From an uncultured Arcanobacterium sp. (GTDB lineage Bacteria > Actinomycetota > Actinomycetes > Actinomycetales > Actinomycetaceae), in assembly GCA_964403015.1 (NCBI GenBank), contig CAYOEJ010000005.1, positions 5,609-69,608 on the forward strand: a stretch of DNA of 64,000 bases, read 5' to 3'. Positions 43,574 through 55,200 of the stretch are shown one piece after another. Numbering within the stretch: the stretch's first letter is position 1; each line of letters opens with the position of its first letter. A model generated the notes under the pieces. It was not told where the DNA came from. It saw only the letters and a list, made by a program, of their open reading frames with translations, and made no database searches. The position numbers and the translations under genes are program-made.

Positions 43574-44497
43574 CTAGGAGTCGAGAAGCGGCAAACCGTT
43601 GATCAGGGTATCGGCATATTCGATGTCGTCGCCCAATGTACGTAGTTCCTCGATGAGCAAGTGTTCGAGAGTACGCCTGGGCATTGGGATTTGGAGCTGC
43701 TGGCGTCCGGGACGATTGAGATAGGCAACGTCGTCTCCGTTGGGACGCACGATCTCTAGCACACCGGACTTTCGGAAGAGCCGCACGGCGTTGATTCCGG
43801 GACCTTCCCCGCGAATCGCTGCTGCTGGAACACCAAGGCGAAGCCCGAGCCAAGCGGCCAGAAGATTTGCGCCACCTCGATCGATATTGCCTTCCACTTC
43901 AACGCGATCAATTGCCTCGTGTGGCGGCTCATCAATAAGAGCGGCCACCTGACCACGCCACAGAGTGATGCTTGCCCACGAAAGGTCTGTATCACCAGGC
44001 TGGCGGTGGTTTGCCATGGCGGTCATTTTTACCATGGGGCTCTTGGTTGAATTGGCGTCTGTAATACGACGGCGAGAGATGCGCCCAAGCGCAGTTCGGG
44101 AAGGCTTGGTCGGGGCTTCTTGGACCCACCACGTCATCACGGTGGCATCGGGCAGGAGAAGAGGCATAACGAGACTCGCCTGATCCTCACCAGCACCGTT
44201 CGACGGACGAAGAATAACCACCTCGGTCAGCCCCACATCACCGCCCACGATGATCTCCGCGTCAAGATTTGCTTCACCATCGTGCTTCGCATCGGGCAGA
44301 AGCACGATAATTCGGCACGGATGCGCACGCGTGACTGCGGTAGCTGTGCCAATTGCGCGCTGCACACCTTCCTCGTCCCGGACCACCGCAATAAGCGTGA
44401 GAACGCGTCCAAGCGCGGTCGAGCCAGATTCGGTGCGAAGGGCGTCGAGGCGCTTGGCAACCTTCGTGGAGGTTGTTCCTGAAATAGTTTCACTCAT
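43574..44497 (-). CDS. opcA: glucose-6-phosphate dehydrogenase assembly protein OpcA
   Basis: 307 aa immediately downstream of zwf. Contains the RVLTLIAV...RAHPCRIIVL pattern of OpcA. Confidence 0.8.
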   Translation of the reverse strand: MSETISGTTSTKVAKRLDALRTESGSTALGRVLTLIAVVRDEEGVQRAIGTATAVTRAHPCRIIVLLPDAKHDGEANLDAEIIVGGDVGLTEVVILRPSNGAGEDQASLVMPLLLPDATVMTWWVQEAPTKPSRTALGRISRRRITDANSTKSPMVKMTAMANHRQPGDTDLSWASITLWRGQVAALIDEPPHEAIDRVEVEGNIDRGGANLLAAWLGLRLGVPAAAIRGEGPGINAVRLFRKSGVLEIVRPNGDDVAYLNRPGRQQLQIPMPRRTLEHLLIEELRTLGDDIEYADTLINGLPLLDS

Positions 44498-44506
44498 GGT
44501 TTCTCC

Positions 44507-46045
44507 TTAGGCCCTGCGCCACTTGCGGCCATCGACTTCGAGCATGTCATTTGACGACGTCGGACCCCACGAACCAGGTGGATAGAGCTCCAGTGGTCCG
44601 CTCTGATTCTCCCAATACTTGGTTGCAGGATCGACCAGCTTCCAAGAAAGCTCGAGCTCACGTTGATGGGGGAAGAGTGGAGGTTCTCCGAGGAGTACAT
44701 CGAGAATGAGGCGCTCATAGGCTTCGGGCGCGTACTCGGTGAACGCATGACCGTAGCCAAAATCCATCGTGACGTCACGAAGACGCATGTCTGACCCGGG
44801 CACCTTGGATCCAAACCGGAAAGTCACTCCTTCTTCAGGTTGGATCCGGATGACCAACATGTTCTTGCCGAGTGTGCTGCTTTGTTCCTCGGTGAATGGG
44901 AGGAACGGCGGCTTTCTAAAGACGATCGCCACCTCTGTGACGCGTCGGCCTAGTCGCTTACCGGCCCGCAGGTAGAACGGCACGCCAGCCCAGCGTCGAG
45001 TGTCGATGGCGAGCTTGAGAGCCGCATACGTGTCAGTACGAGAGTCGCTGGCAACGCCGTCTTCTTCAAGGTAGGACGGAACGTACTCACCACCCTGCCA
45101 GCCGCCGTCGTACTGAGCGAACACGGAGGATTCGTTGACCTCGCCCCAGAGTCGCGTCGCTTCAAGAACCGTTTCTTTTTCACGACGCAGCGCACCGGGC
45201 TCAAGCGACGTGGGCTCTTCCATCGCTGTGAGAGCTAGGAGCTGCAATAGGTGGTTCTGGAGCACATCGCGGGCAGCGCCAACGCCGTCGTAGTAGCCGC
45301 CTCGTCCTTCAATTCCGATGTCTTCCGCCATAGTGATCTGAACATGGTCCACGTGGGCGCCATTCCAGATGGGCTCGAAAAACTCATTGGCAAAGCGTAG
45401 CGCGAGGATGTTCTGTACCGTCTCCTTGCCAAGGTAGTGGTCGATCCTAAAGATCGACTCTTCGTCAAAGACCGAGGTGACAACTTCGTTGAGTTCCTGC
45501 GATGAGGCGAGATCATGGCCGAAAGGTTTTTCGACCACCACCCGACGCCAGCCGCTCTTTCCGGCGTCGTTGTCCAGGCCGGCGTCCTTCAACGAGGTAA
45601 GCACAGTTGAAAAGAGATTTGGCGGGATCGCGAGGTAATAAGCATAGTTCCCTCCGGTACCTCGCTCTGATTCGGCCTCGTCGAGCACTTTGGAAAGTTC
45701 TGCATAGGTTGCTGGATCGTCATATTCACCCAGCACCATCCGGAATCCATCCATCATCTGTTTGATGGTGGTTTCGTTGATTCCAGTTTTCGCGCCGTTA
45801 CGCATGGATTCCTCAACGAAAGCGGCGATTTCTTCGGCGCTCTTCTTGGGTCGCGCAACTCCGACCAGAGTGAACGACGGCGGAAGCAGCCCGCGGTTTG
45901 CTAAGTCATAGATAGCCGGGAGCACCTTGCGCTCAGATAGGTCGCCCGTGATGCCATAGAGAACGAGGCCGCACGGTCCCGCGATGCGCTGCATGCGCCG
46001 GTCTGAAGGCGATACCAGCGGGTTATCCCACTCTTCTTTGGCCAT
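44507..46045 (-). CDS. zwf: glucose-6-phosphate 1-dehydrogenase
   Basis: LYGITGDLSERKVLPAIY, RIDHYLGKE. Start trimmed to ATG 46045 (MAKEEWDNPL). Confidence 0.95.
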   Translation of the reverse strand: MAKEEWDNPLVSPSDRRMQRIAGPCGLVLYGITGDLSERKVLPAIYDLANRGLLPPSFTLVGVARPKKSAEEIAAFVEESMRNGAKTGINETTIKQMMDGFRMVLGEYDDPATYAELSKVLDEAESERGTGGNYAYYLAIPPNLFSTVLTSLKDAGLDNDAGKSGWRRVVVEKPFGHDLASSQELNEVVTSVFDEESIFRIDHYLGKETVQNILALRFANEFFEPIWNGAHVDHVQITMAEDIGIEGRGGYYDGVGAARDVLQNHLLQLLALTAMEEPTSLEPGALRREKETVLEATRLWGEVNESSVFAQYDGGWQGGEYVPSYLEEDGVASDSRTDTYAALKLAIDTRRWAGVPFYLRAGKRLGRRVTEVAIVFRKPPFLPFTEEQSSTLGKNMLVIRIQPEEGVTFRFGSKVPGSDMRLRDVTMDFGYGHAFTEYAPEAYERLILDVLLGEPPLFPHQRELELSWKLVDPATKYWENQSGPLELYPPGSWGPTSSNDMLEVDGRKWRRA

Positions 46046-46125
46046 TTTTAACACCCCTGTGTTCGATAAAAATGAAGGTGGCTCGGGCAATAACCCGAGC
46101 CACCACCATGTGTATGTTTACCAGC

Positions 46126-47223
46126 TTATTCCATCGCGTCCTGAACTGTCTCAATTAGTTCATTCCAAGCGATTTCAAACTTCTCGACGCCTTCATCTTC
46201 GAGCTGCTCGGTCACTTGACGGAAATCGACGCCGAGGCGCACGATCTTCTCAAGCACGCGCTTGCCAGATTCGATGTTGGGACGAATCGTATCGCCTTCG
46301 AGGTTGGCACTTTCGGCTGATGCCTCAAGAGTAGCCTCCGGCATCGTGTTGACGACGTTCTTCGCCACGAGTTGGTCCACATACATCGTGGGGGAGTACT
46401 CGGGGTTCTTCACGCCGGTCGATGCCCACAGAGGACGCTGCACATTTGCACCCTGGGATGCGAGCTTCTTAAAACGATCGGATTCCTCGAAAACCTCGAT
46501 ATAGGCGCCATAGGCGACCCGCGCGTTTGCCACGCCCGCCTTGCCACGCATGGCAAGTGCATCGGGACCGCCAAGCTTTTCGAGACGCTTATCAACTTCA
46601 GTATCTACACGGGATACGAAGAATGATGCCACGGAGTGGATCTTTGACAGATCGTGTCCATTTTCCGCAGCCTTTTCAAGGCCCGTGAGGTAGGCATCAA
46701 TGACTTCGCGATAGCGTTCAACCGAGAAGATCAGCGTCACGTTCACACTGATACCCTCGGCAATCGTTGCCGTGATAGCCGGAAGGCCGGCGCCGGTTGC
46801 CGGGATCTTGATCATCGCATTGGGGCGATCCACAAGTTCCCACAGTTCCTTGGCCTGCAGGTAGGTCTTCTCACTTTGGCGAGCAAGCCGAGGATCAACC
46901 TCGATCGAGACGCGTCCGTCGTAGCCACCCGTTGCCGCGAAAGTCTCTGTGAAGAGATCGCACGCGTCACGAACGTCGTCAGTGGTCAGGGTCGTAATAA
47001 CCTTCTCCACGCTTGCGCCTTCGTCTGCCAGACGGCTGACGTCTTCCGCGTAGTCTTCTGACCCAGAGATTGCAGCTTGGAAGATGGCGGGGTTGGTGGT
47101 GACGCCCACGACGGAGCTGGAGTCGACCAGATCCTTCAGGTTACCGGTTGTTACCCGGTTCCTCGAGAGGTCGTCAAGCCAGATTGACACTCCAAGGTTG
47201 GAGAGTTCAGCTAGTTTGCTCAT
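46126..47223 (-). CDS. tal: transaldolase (long actinobacterial type)
   Basis: [19 protein letters not shown] and MIKIPAT. Start trimmed to ATG 47223, which follows GAAAGGAAG. Confidence 0.9.
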   Translation of the reverse strand: MSKLAELSNLGVSIWLDDLSRNRVTTGNLKDLVDSSSVVGVTTNPAIFQAAISGSEDYAEDVSRLADEGASVEKVITTLTTDDVRDACDLFTETFAATGGYDGRVSIEVDPRLARQSEKTYLQAKELWELVDRPNAMIKIPATGAGLPAITATIAEGISVNVTLIFSVERYREVIDAYLTGLEKAAENGHDLSKIHSVASFFVSRVDTEVDKRLEKLGGPDALAMRGKAGVANARVAYGAYIEVFEESDRFKKLASQGANVQRPLWASTGVKNPEYSPTMYVDQLVAKNVVNTMPEATLEASAESANLEGDTIRPNIESGKRVLEKIVRLGVDFRQVTEQLEDEGVEKFEIAWNELIETVQDAME

Positions 47224-47233
47224 GATCTTCCTT

Positions 47234-49327
47234 TCAGTTCGCCGCGTCCATGGATTCCTTGGCGGCGGCAACGACCGCGTCGGCGGTTATGCCAAAGCGC
47301 TCGAATAGTTCTGCACCGGCGGCGGATGCGCCGTAATGGTTGATACCAACAGAGCGACCGGCGTCGCCGACGATTCCAGCCCAACCAAAGGTCACGCCAG
47401 CCTCAACGGAAACGCGAGCCTTGATGTCGGTGGGAATCACGGAGTTACGGTAGGTCTCATCCTGCTCCTCGAACCATTCGAGGCAGGGGAGTGAAACAAC
47501 GCGAGCGCCGATACCTTCCTCAGCGAGCTTCTTGCGCGCCTCGAGCGCGACCGAGACCTCTGAGCCAGTAGCGATGAGCACGACGTCAAGCTTCTCGGCG
47601 TCGGCGAGCACATATCCGCCGCGGAGCACACCTTCTGCCGCCGCGTAGGTATCGCCCTGCGCCGGACCATCCCCACGCTCAATCACGGGCAGGTTCTGGC
47701 GGGACAGAATCAGGCCCGCGGCATGGTTGTCGCGCTCCAGAATTCCACGCCATGCGTAGGATGTCTCGTTTGCGTCGGCAGGACGGACGATATCCAGCTG
47801 GGGGATAGCACGGTATGACCACAGGTGCTCAACCGGCTGATGAGTGGGGCCATCCTCGCCCACACCAATCGAATCGTGAGTCCACACGAATGTCGATGGC
47901 ACCTTCATGAGTGCACCTAGACGCACTGCTCCACGCATGTAGTCGGCGAAGCAGAAGAATGTGCCACCGTATGGTCGGGTTAGACCGTGGATCGAAATAC
48001 CGTTAAGGATTGCGCCCATGGCGTGCTCGCGGATACCGAAATGCAGTGTACGCCCGTAGATGTTGCCTTGGAACATCTTCGACGAACGTTCCTCGGGAAG
48101 GAAGGAGGGTTCGCCTTCCATCGTGGTGTTATTCGAGCCAGCGAGGTCGGCCGAGCCACCCCACAGTTCTGGCAGAACATCCTTGAGAGCGTTGAGCACC
48201 TTTCCAGATGCCGCGCGCGTAGCAAGATCCTTGTCCGTGGGGAATACCGGGAGGTTTTCTTCCCAGCCTTCGGGGAGCTTGCGCTCGGTGAGACGATCGA
48301 GCAGGTCGGAACGCTCGGGGTTGGCCTCGCGCCACGTGCGCATCGACTCTTCCCAACCATCACGGGCTTCCTTAGCACGGTTAGCAGCATTCGTGCGGGT
48401 GTGCTCCAGAACTTCGGGGTCGATCTGGAATGTCTTTTCTGGATCGAGTCCGAGAATCTCCTTGAGCTTGGCCACTTCATCGCCACCGAGCTTGGAACCG
48501 TGTGAGGCACCCGTGCCCTGAGCATTCGGGCTCGGCCAAGCGATGATGGTGGAGAGCTTAATAATGGACGGCTTGTCCGTGACCTTCTGAGCTTCTGTGA
48601 TGGCGTTGTATAGGCCGGCGACGTCCTCTTGATAGTCACCGTTGTTGCGCCAGTCCACATGCTGCGTATGCCAGCCGTAAGCCTCGTAGCGCTTGAGCAC
48701 GTCCTCGGAGAATGCGATCGAGGTATCGTCCTCAATAGAAATCTGGTTGTCATCAAAAATCAGGATGAGATTACCCAGATTCTGCGTGCCTGCCAACGAG
48801 CACGCCTCGGACGTGATGCCCTCCTGCAGACAGCCTTCGCCTGCCACAACGAAGATGTTGTGATCGAACGGGCTTTCGCCCTCAGGAGCATCTGGATCAA
48901 GCAGGCCGCGTTCCTTGCGCGCCGCCATGGCCATACCTACCGCCGAAGCGAGACCCTGACCGAGCGGGCCAGTGGTAATTTCAACGCCCTTCGTGTGGCG
49001 GTATTCTGGGTGACCTGGGGTGGCCGATTCGTAGGTGCGTAGTGCCTGGAGGTCTTCGATTTCAAGACCGTAGCCCGCGAGGAACAGCTGGTTGTAGAGC
49101 GTCAAAGATGTGTGGCCTACCGACAGGACAAAGCGGTCGCGGCCGAGCCACATGTCATCAGAAGGATCGTGGCGCATGACCTTCTGGAAAAGCACGTACG
49201 CAAGTGGCGAGAGTGAAATTGCGGTGCCGGGGTGTCCGTTTCCAACCTTTTCGACGGCGTCGGCGGCGAGCGCACGCCCGGTGTCTACAGCTCGCTGATC
49301 AAGCTCTGTCCAATTAAAGCTGGTCAT
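47234..49327 (-). CDS. tkt: transketolase
   Basis: 697 aa. GHPG, GPLGQG and GEDGPTHQP motifs. Confidence 0.95.
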   Translation of the reverse strand: MTSFNWTELDQRAVDTGRALAADAVEKVGNGHPGTAISLSPLAYVLFQKVMRHDPSDDMWLGRDRFVLSVGHTSLTLYNQLFLAGYGLEIEDLQALRTYESATPGHPEYRHTKGVEITTGPLGQGLASAVGMAMAARKERGLLDPDAPEGESPFDHNIFVVAGEGCLQEGITSEACSLAGTQNLGNLILIFDDNQISIEDDTSIAFSEDVLKRYEAYGWHTQHVDWRNNGDYQEDVAGLYNAITEAQKVTDKPSIIKLSTIIAWPSPNAQGTGASHGSKLGGDEVAKLKEILGLDPEKTFQIDPEVLEHTRTNAANRAKEARDGWEESMRTWREANPERSDLLDRLTERKLPEGWEENLPVFPTDKDLATRAASGKVLNALKDVLPELWGGSADLAGSNNTTMEGEPSFLPEERSSKMFQGNIYGRTLHFGIREHAMGAILNGISIHGLTRPYGGTFFCFADYMRGAVRLGALMKVPSTFVWTHDSIGVGEDGPTHQPVEHLWSYRAIPQLDIVRPADANETSYAWRGILERDNHAAGLILSRQNLPVIERGDGPAQGDTYAAAEGVLRGGYVLADAEKLDVVLIATGSEVSVALEARKKLAEEGIGARVVSLPCLEWFEEQDETYRNSVIPTDIKARVSVEAGVTFGWAGIVGDAGRSVGINHYGASAAGAELFERFGITADAVVAAAKESMDAAN

Positions 49328-49454
49328 ACTTCCTTCTTCCTGGTTTGCTGACCGCGCCGATTCCTCAGCACAGTTTTTCCATACGTATTAAGGGTATATC
49401 CTTTACTCACGAAACTCGGGTCTTTAGGCCAGAAATGGGACGTTAAGAATCGCG

Positions 49455-50426
49455 ATGACTACCAATTTTCCGCGCGCTATGGCGAGAGTCCTCGATCAGT
49501 ACTTCGCCCACCTCTCCGTCGAACGTTCGCTCAGCGCAAATACGGTGTCTGCCTACAGGCGCGACTTGACGCATTACGCGGCCCATCTTCAGCTCCGTGA
49601 CATTAAAGATTTCCTTGCCGTTACAGAGGAGGATGCCGCCTCATTTGTCGACTACCTAGCAAACCCCGCGTTGAGCGCGCCTGGATCAGCTGCGGCCGGA
49701 ACTTCAAAGCAACGGGGGATGGCGACGTCGTCGATAGCAAGGATGGTGACGTCGGTACGGGGGCTTCACGAGTTTCTCGTGGCCGAAGGTTTAACGACGA
49801 CGAACCCGACCACCGACCTTCACCCACCCAAGCTTGGGCGCAAGTTACCCAAAGCAATCAGCATTGCACACATGCGCCAGCTCATCGAATCATCTTCGGT
49901 CGGAGAGGGCCCAATCCCGCTTAGAGATAGAGCGCTGGTAGAAATTCTCTATGGCACGGGCGCCAGAATTTCGGAGGCAGTCGGTCTCAGCGCAGACGAC
50001 ATTGCGTTGGATACGGCCACCATCAGACTTTTCGGCAAAGGCCGAAAGGAACGGATCTTGCCTCTCGGTTCATACGCCATCGATGCAATCAATGCATATG
50101 TGGTTCGCGGGCGGCCAGAACTCGCCGCAAAGGGCTCCGGATCCTCGGCTTTATTTCTCAACAAACGGGGGAATGCGCTGTCACGACAGTCGGCTTGGGG
50201 CGCGATTCAGGACATCGCCGAGCAAGCAGGAGTAAAGAACGTTACGCCACATACTTTCCGTCATTCTTTTGCCACCCACCTTCTTCAAGGTGGGGCAGAC
50301 GTACGTATCGTTCAGGAAATGCTCGGCCACTCATCGGTCACCACCACGCAGATTTATACGCTCGTGACTCCCGAAACAATGAAGGAAGTCTATGCAAGTA
50401 CTCACCCGCGTGCTTGGCACGACTGA
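49455..50426 (+). CDS. xerD: site-specific tyrosine recombinase XerD
   Basis: GARISEAVGL, HTFRHSFATHLL and LGHSSVTTTQIYT. Conserved position upstream of parA-scpA-scpB. Confidence 0.85.
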   Translation: MTTNFPRAMARVLDQYFAHLSVERSLSANTVSAYRRDLTHYAAHLQLRDIKDFLAVTEEDAASFVDYLANPALSAPGSAAAGTSKQRGMATSSIARMVTSVRGLHEFLVAEGLTTTNPTTDLHPPKLGRKLPKAISIAHMRQLIESSSVGEGPIPLRDRALVEILYGTGARISEAVGLSADDIALDTATIRLFGKGRKERILPLGSYAIDAINAYVVRGRPELAAKGSGSSALFLNKRGNALSRQSAWGAIQDIAEQAGVKNVTPHTFRHSFATHLLQGGADVRIVQEMLGHSSVTTTQIYTLVTPETMKEVYASTHPRAWHD

Positions 50427-50457
50427 GTGAAGGCGATTTATCTAGTAGATTTGTACC

Positions 50458-51315
50458 GTGACTGCAGAACAAACCGACATTCTTGATGAACTTGATCCGA
50501 ACCGCGACTTTCCGCTGCCTGGAGACATCACTTCACATGGCCCTGCGCGCATCATCGCGATGTGTAACCAGAAGGGCGGCGTGGGTAAAACCACCACCTC
50601 CATCAACCTAGCCGCAGCATTGGCAGGCTACGGGCGAAAGGTGTTGCTAGTGGACTTCGATCCACAGGGTGCAGCCAGCGCTGGTCTGGGTATCAACGCC
50701 ATGGCGCTCGATCGAACGATCTACGACGAAATGGTCTCTGCAAAGCCCGACGTCACCCGTATTATTCACGAGACTTCGGTGGAGAACCTCGACCTCGTTC
50801 CTGCAAATATCGAGCTCTCGGCAGCCGAAATTCAATTGATCAACGAAGTAGCACGCGAGCAGTCACTTTTGCGCGTTCTGCGTCCGATCATGGATACCTA
50901 CGATGTCGTCATTATCGACTGCCAGCCATCACTTGGTCTTTTGACTGTCAATGCCCTTACTGCCGCGCACGGAGTTATTATCCCTCTCGAAGCAGAGTTC
51001 TTCGCTATGCGTGGTGTTGCCCTGCTCGTAGACCAGATTGAGCGCGTTCAAGATCGCTTGAACCCGCGACTGTCAATTGACGGAGTGCTTCTTACCATGG
51101 TCGATTCGCGCACTCTTCACGCTCGTGAGGTCATTGGCCTTGTCAAACAACGCTTCGGCGATCAGGTGTTTGACACCCAGATCGCTCGTACGGTGAAGTT
51201 CCCTGACGCAACCATTGCAGCCGAGCCAATCACGAGCTACGCCCCGAATCATCCGGGCTCGAAGGCCTACAAGCGCCTAGCCCGTGAACTGATTGCCCGC
51301 GGAGCATCGGCCTAA
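50458..51315 (+). CDS. ParA/Soj-family ATPase
   Basis: Deviant Walker A NQKGGVGKTT. DCQPSLG. Confidence 0.85.
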   Translation: MTAEQTDILDELDPNRDFPLPGDITSHGPARIIAMCNQKGGVGKTTTSINLAAALAGYGRKVLLVDFDPQGAASAGLGINAMALDRTIYDEMVSAKPDVTRIIHETSVENLDLVPANIELSAAEIQLINEVAREQSLLRVLRPIMDTYDVVIIDCQPSLGLLTVNALTAAHGVIIPLEAEFFAMRGVALLVDQIERVQDRLNPRLSIDGVLLTMVDSRTLHAREVIGLVKQRFGDQVFDTQIARTVKFPDATIAAEPITSYAPNHPGSKAYKRLARELIARGASA

Positions 51316-51319
51316 GTCC

Positions 51320-52111
51320 ATGACCGTGCAGGATGACCTCTTTACATCCGAAGGTTTCGCAGTCAACCTTGATGTATTTTCCGGCCCTTTTGAGGTTCTC
51401 CTGTCGCTCATCGCGAAGCATCGGCTCGATATCACCGAGGTTGCACTCGCAACGGTGACAGATGAGTTCTTGACTTTTATTCGTCAACAAGATGAACTCG
51501 ATCTTTCGCAGATGTCGGAGTTCCTCGTTGTGGCAGCAACGCTCCTCGACATCAAAGCGGCCCGGCTTTTGCCACGCGATGAGACTGATGAAGAGGATCT
51601 AGAGTTCCTTGAAGCACGCGATCTACTCTTTGCGAAACTTTTGCAGTATCGAGCCTTCAAGCAGGTTGCGGTGGACATTGCGGCTCGTTTTAGCGCACAG
51701 AGCCTAGCATCGCCACGAGACGTCCCCATGGAAGACGAGTTCAAGGCACTCCTTCCTGAGATTCAGTTGCGAATTGGCCTGCAGGATTTCGCCATACTCG
51801 CTGCGCGCGCCATGTCCCGACCACTGCAGGTTGTAGCGTTTGACCATCTCCACGATCCACTTATGCCTGTTGAGACGCAGATTGCCTTACTCCGCGACCG
51901 TATGGTGATAGGGGACCGGGTGTCCTTTAGCTCACTTTGTAGCGATGCCTACAACGTTCCCACCGTGGTCTCACGCTTCCTTGCGGTTCTCGAAATGCTC
52001 CGCGGGGGAGAGGTTCATATCGACCAAGATGGACCTCTGGAGCCGCTGCTCATCACGCGTGTCAAACCCGAGAGCGCGCAGTACTTCGACGAAGGAGAAG
52101 ACTATGAGTGA
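51320..52111 (+). CDS. scpA: segregation and condensation protein A
   Basis: FSGPFEVLLSLIAKHRLDITEVALATVTDEFL is the ScpA N-terminus. Start set to ATG 51320, after the parA stop. Confidence 0.8.
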   Translation: MTVQDDLFTSEGFAVNLDVFSGPFEVLLSLIAKHRLDITEVALATVTDEFLTFIRQQDELDLSQMSEFLVVAATLLDIKAARLLPRDETDEEDLEFLEARDLLFAKLLQYRAFKQVAVDIAARFSAQSLASPRDVPMEDEFKALLPEIQLRIGLQDFAILAARAMSRPLQVVAFDHLHDPLMPVETQIALLRDRMVIGDRVSFSSLCSDAYNVPTVVSRFLAVLEMLRGGEVHIDQDGPLEPLLITRVKPESAQYFDEGEDYE

Positions 52112-52667
52112 AGACGGATTTCGCAGAGGAGCTCTCGAAGCAATCCTCATGGTGTCCCCCGAGTCCGTCACGGTAAAAGCGCTGGCCTTCGCCATTGAAA
52201 GTACGGAAGCTGAGACGGATGCACTGCTTCGCTCGATCGCCCGAGCATATGCGGAGGAGGAGCCACCACGCGGCTTTCAACTCCGCGAGGTTGGGGGCGG
52301 CTGGCGGTTCTATTCTCACCCGCGCTATGCCGACGTCGTCGGTAGTTTCGTTACCCATGGGCAATCGAACAAACTCTCGGCGCAAGCGCTTGAAACACTT
52401 GCAGTCATTGCCTACCGGCAGCCCGTCACGCGCGCGCAAATTGCCGCAATCCGTGGTGTTGAGGTAGATTCAGTAGTTCGAACTTTGCAGACGCGGGGCC
52501 TCATAGAGCAAACTGGCAACACGCAGGCAACGGGCGCGAGCCTATACGAAACCACCGATCTTTTCCTTGAAAAGATGGGCATGAACTCACTCGAGGAACT
52601 GGCACCTCTTGCTCCCTACCTGCCAGATGACGAAGAACTCGCAGACGTCGAGAAGGAGTTGGCATGA
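52104..52667 (+). CDS. scpB: segregation and condensation protein B
   Basis: LEAILMVSPESV and LSAQALETLAVIAYRQPVTRAQIAAIRGV (winged helix). ATG 52104 overlaps the scpA stop (ATGAGTGA). Confidence 0.8.
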   Translation: MSEDGFRRGALEAILMVSPESVTVKALAFAIESTEAETDALLRSIARAYAEEEPPRGFQLREVGGGWRFYSHPRYADVVGSFVTHGQSNKLSAQALETLAVIAYRQPVTRAQIAAIRGVEVDSVVRTLQTRGLIEQTGNTQATGASLYETTDLFLEKMGMNSLEELAPLAPYLPDDEELADVEKELA

Positions 52668-53419
52668 GCCGCATTTCCCAGGACATTCACGATCCGAAGG
52701 GTGAGCGCCTACAAAAAGTACTCGCGCACGCCGGAGTGGGATCGCGACGCGCTTGCGAAGATCTCATCAGCCAGGGGCGCGTCAGCGTCGATGGCAATAT
52801 CATTACGCAGCTTGGCATTCGCGTGGATCCCGATACCGCTGTCATTCATGTTGACGGCAATCGCGTGATTCTCGACGAGAACCTGCTAACAGTCGCGCTT
52901 TATAAACCGCCGGGTGTCGTTTCGACCATGAGCGATGACCAAAACCGTCCAACCCTTTCTGACTACGTGCAAGATCGCGTCGAGCGTCTTGTTCACGTTG
53001 GACGGCTCGACATTGAGACCGAGGGTTTGATTTTGCTTTCTAATGACGGCGAGCTTACCCACCGCCTCACCCATCCGTCCTACGAAGTTCCCAAGACCTA
53101 CATCGCGCGCGTTGAAGGCACAGTGACCCGCGGCCTAACCAAGGTGATGGAAAAGGGAATCACGCTCGAAGACGGTCCTATCCGCGCCGATAGGTTCGTG
53201 GTTCGTGAGACCGCACGTAAGAACTCGATCATCGAGATCACGCTTCACTCGGGTCGGAACCGCATCGTACGAAGGATGATGGAAGAGGTCGGTCATCCGG
53301 TGATGGAACTCGTCCGCACGCAGTTCGGAAATATCACTGTAGGCCGTCTCAAGCCGGGTCAGACGCGAGTTATCGCCGGATCCGAGCTTGGAGCTCTCAT
53401 GCGATTGGTCGATATGTAA
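52664..53419 (+). CDS. RluB/RsuA-family 23S/16S rRNA pseudouridine synthase
   Basis: N-terminal S4 domain (RLQKVLAHAGVGSRR) and catalytic HVGRLDIETEGLILLSNDG. Confidence 0.8.
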   Translation: MSRISQDIHDPKGERLQKVLAHAGVGSRRACEDLISQGRVSVDGNIITQLGIRVDPDTAVIHVDGNRVILDENLLTVALYKPPGVVSTMSDDQNRPTLSDYVQDRVERLVHVGRLDIETEGLILLSNDGELTHRLTHPSYEVPKTYIARVEGTVTRGLTKVMEKGITLEDGPIRADRFVVRETARKNSIIEITLHSGRNRIVRRMMEEVGHPVMELVRTQFGNITVGRLKPGQTRVIAGSELGALMRLVDM

Positions 53420-55200
53420 TGGATACAGTCCTCACCCCATCTCCCGTACTCGTCATAGGTACGGGTCTGCTGGGCACCTCCATCGCGCTTCGACTCAAAC
53501 GCGGCGGGGTAGAGGTGTATTTAGAGGACGCTTCACCGATAGCGGCAGGTCTCGCTCGGGATCTCGGCGCGGGTTCGCTCGACACTATCGCTGAGCCGTC
53601 CGTCGTCGTCGTCGCGGTTCCACCGGACGTGACCGCTGCGGTAGTCAAATCGGCTCTCAGCGCATATCCGGGAGCCGTGGTCACGGACGTCGCTTCAGTC
53701 AAGGTCGACGTTCAACGAGCGCTATCCGGTCACCCGGGAATAAGTCGCTGGGTCGGTTCACATCCGATGGCTGGCAAGGAACGATCGGGAGCGATCGCTG
53801 CCGACGCCGATCTGTTCGTCGGTCGCCCGTGGGTAATCGTTGGTAGCGACGAGACCAGTGCCTCCGCATTGGCGTCCATACGGACGTTAGCCGTAGACAT
53901 GGGTGCCTCGCCGGTTCACATGACGGCCCAGGAGCACGATCATGCCGTCGCCGTAGTTTCTCACATGCCTCAGCTCATGAGTTCACTCGTGGCAGCTGCG
54001 CTTCGAGATGAGGCAGCGTCCGCGCTAGACCTCGCGGGGCAAGGCCTCCGTGATGTCACCCGCATCGCGGAATCGGATGCGCTGCTTTGGACATCCATCG
54101 TGAGCGGTAACCGAGTAGAAATAGCTTCGGTGCTTCGCGCAATTAATGCTCGGCTGGGCCGTCTCGTTGCCGCGCTAGATAGACGCGAGGGTGGTCTCGA
54201 TCAAATCTCGGCAGTGATCGCGGACGGTAATACTGGCGTCGCACGGATCCCCGGTAAGCACGGCGGCGCCCCAGAGAATTACGCTGACGTTACTGTTCTC
54301 GTCCCAGATGAACCCGGTGAACTTGGTCGGTTGTTTACCGAAATTGGCGAGATCGGCGTCAATATTGAAGACCTTATGCTCGAGCACTCCGCACAGCAGC
54401 CGGTTGGTCGAGCGATTATTTCAGTTAATCCATCGAGGGCTTTGCCGCTTGAGCAGGGCCTAGAAGAACGCGGCTGGCAAATTGTTTCTGCCACGGGAAA
54501 GGTCAAGCCCATGTTGATCGCCATTGATGGACCATCTGGTTCCGGCAAGTCCACCGTGGCCCGCCGCGTAGCCCATGACCTCGGGTTGGCCTACCTTGAT
54601 ACTGGCGCGATGTATCGCGCAGCCACCTGGTGGGCCCTGCACGAAGGTGTTGATCTTGACGATGCACAGGCCGTGCTGGATGCGACGATTCACATGCCGC
54701 TCGTCATCGAACTTGATCCAGACAACCAGCGGTTCATCTGCGGCGGTGAGGATATTACGAGTGCGATACGTTCATCGGAACTATCCAAGGTCGTTTCTAA
54801 GGTGGCTGTGATTATCCCTGTCCGCCACGAGATGGCTCGCCGTCAGCAGTCCATCATTGCTGAAGAAGCTCAAGCCGGCGGGTTCTCCGGCGGCCGCGGC
54901 ATCGTGGCCGAGGGCCGGGATATCACCACTGTTGTTGCGCCCGATGCTGACGTACGCGTGCTGCTGACCGCATCTGAGGAAGCTCGTCTTGCTCGCCGCG
55001 CTCTGGAAATTCGCGGCTCGGTTGACTCTGAAGTGCTTGAGTCCATGCGAGACGAGGTTATTCGCCGCGACCGCGATGACTCGACAGTCTCAGAGTTTAT
55101 GAGTGCTCAAGATGGCGTGACAACCATCGATTCATCCACGCTCGGTATCGACGACGTCGTTGCCGCCATTAAGTCTTTGATTCCGGAGGAATTGCGATGA
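53419..55200 (+). CDS. single ORF encoding prephenate dehydrogenase (with ACT-like domain) fused in frame to cytidylate kinase
   Basis: N-terminus [10 protein letters not shown] (NAD fold) and GSHPMAGKE (TyrA), then an ACT-like segment ([14 protein letters not shown]). From residue 365 (ATG 54511): [30 protein letters not shown] (Cmk). No stop codon separates the two parts. Confidence 0.8.
   Translation: MDTVLTPSPVLVIGTGLLGTSIALRLKRGGVEVYLEDASPIAAGLARDLGAGSLDTIAEPSVVVVAVPPDVTAAVVKSALSAYPGAVVTDVASVKVDVQRALSGHPGISRWVGSHPMAGKERSGAIAADADLFVGRPWVIVGSDETSASALASIRTLAVDMGASPVHMTAQEHDHAVAVVSHMPQLMSSLVAAALRDEAASALDLAGQGLRDVTRIAESDALLWTSIVSGNRVEIASVLRAINARLGRLVAALDRREGGLDQISAVIADGNTGVARIPGKHGGAPENYADVTVLVPDEPGELGRLFTEIGEIGVNIEDLMLEHSAQQPVGRAIISVNPSRALPLEQGLEERGWQIVSATGKVKPMLIAIDGPSGSGKSTVARRVAHDLGLAYLDTGAMYRAATWWALHEGVDLDDAQAVLDATIHMPLVIELDPDNQRFICGGEDITSAIRSSELSKVVSKVAVIIPVRHEMARRQQSIIAEEAQAGGFSGGRGIVAEGRDITTVVAPDADVRVLLTASEEARLARRALEIRGSVDSEVLESMRDEVIRRDRDDSTVSEFMSAQDGVTTIDSSTLGIDDVVAAIKSLIPEELR

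Noticed and set aside
49455-50426. Tyrosine recombinase as a marker of a mobile element.
   Set aside because: The sequence and its position upstream of parA-scpA-scpB identify it as chromosomal XerD. No phage or ICE genes are adjacent.
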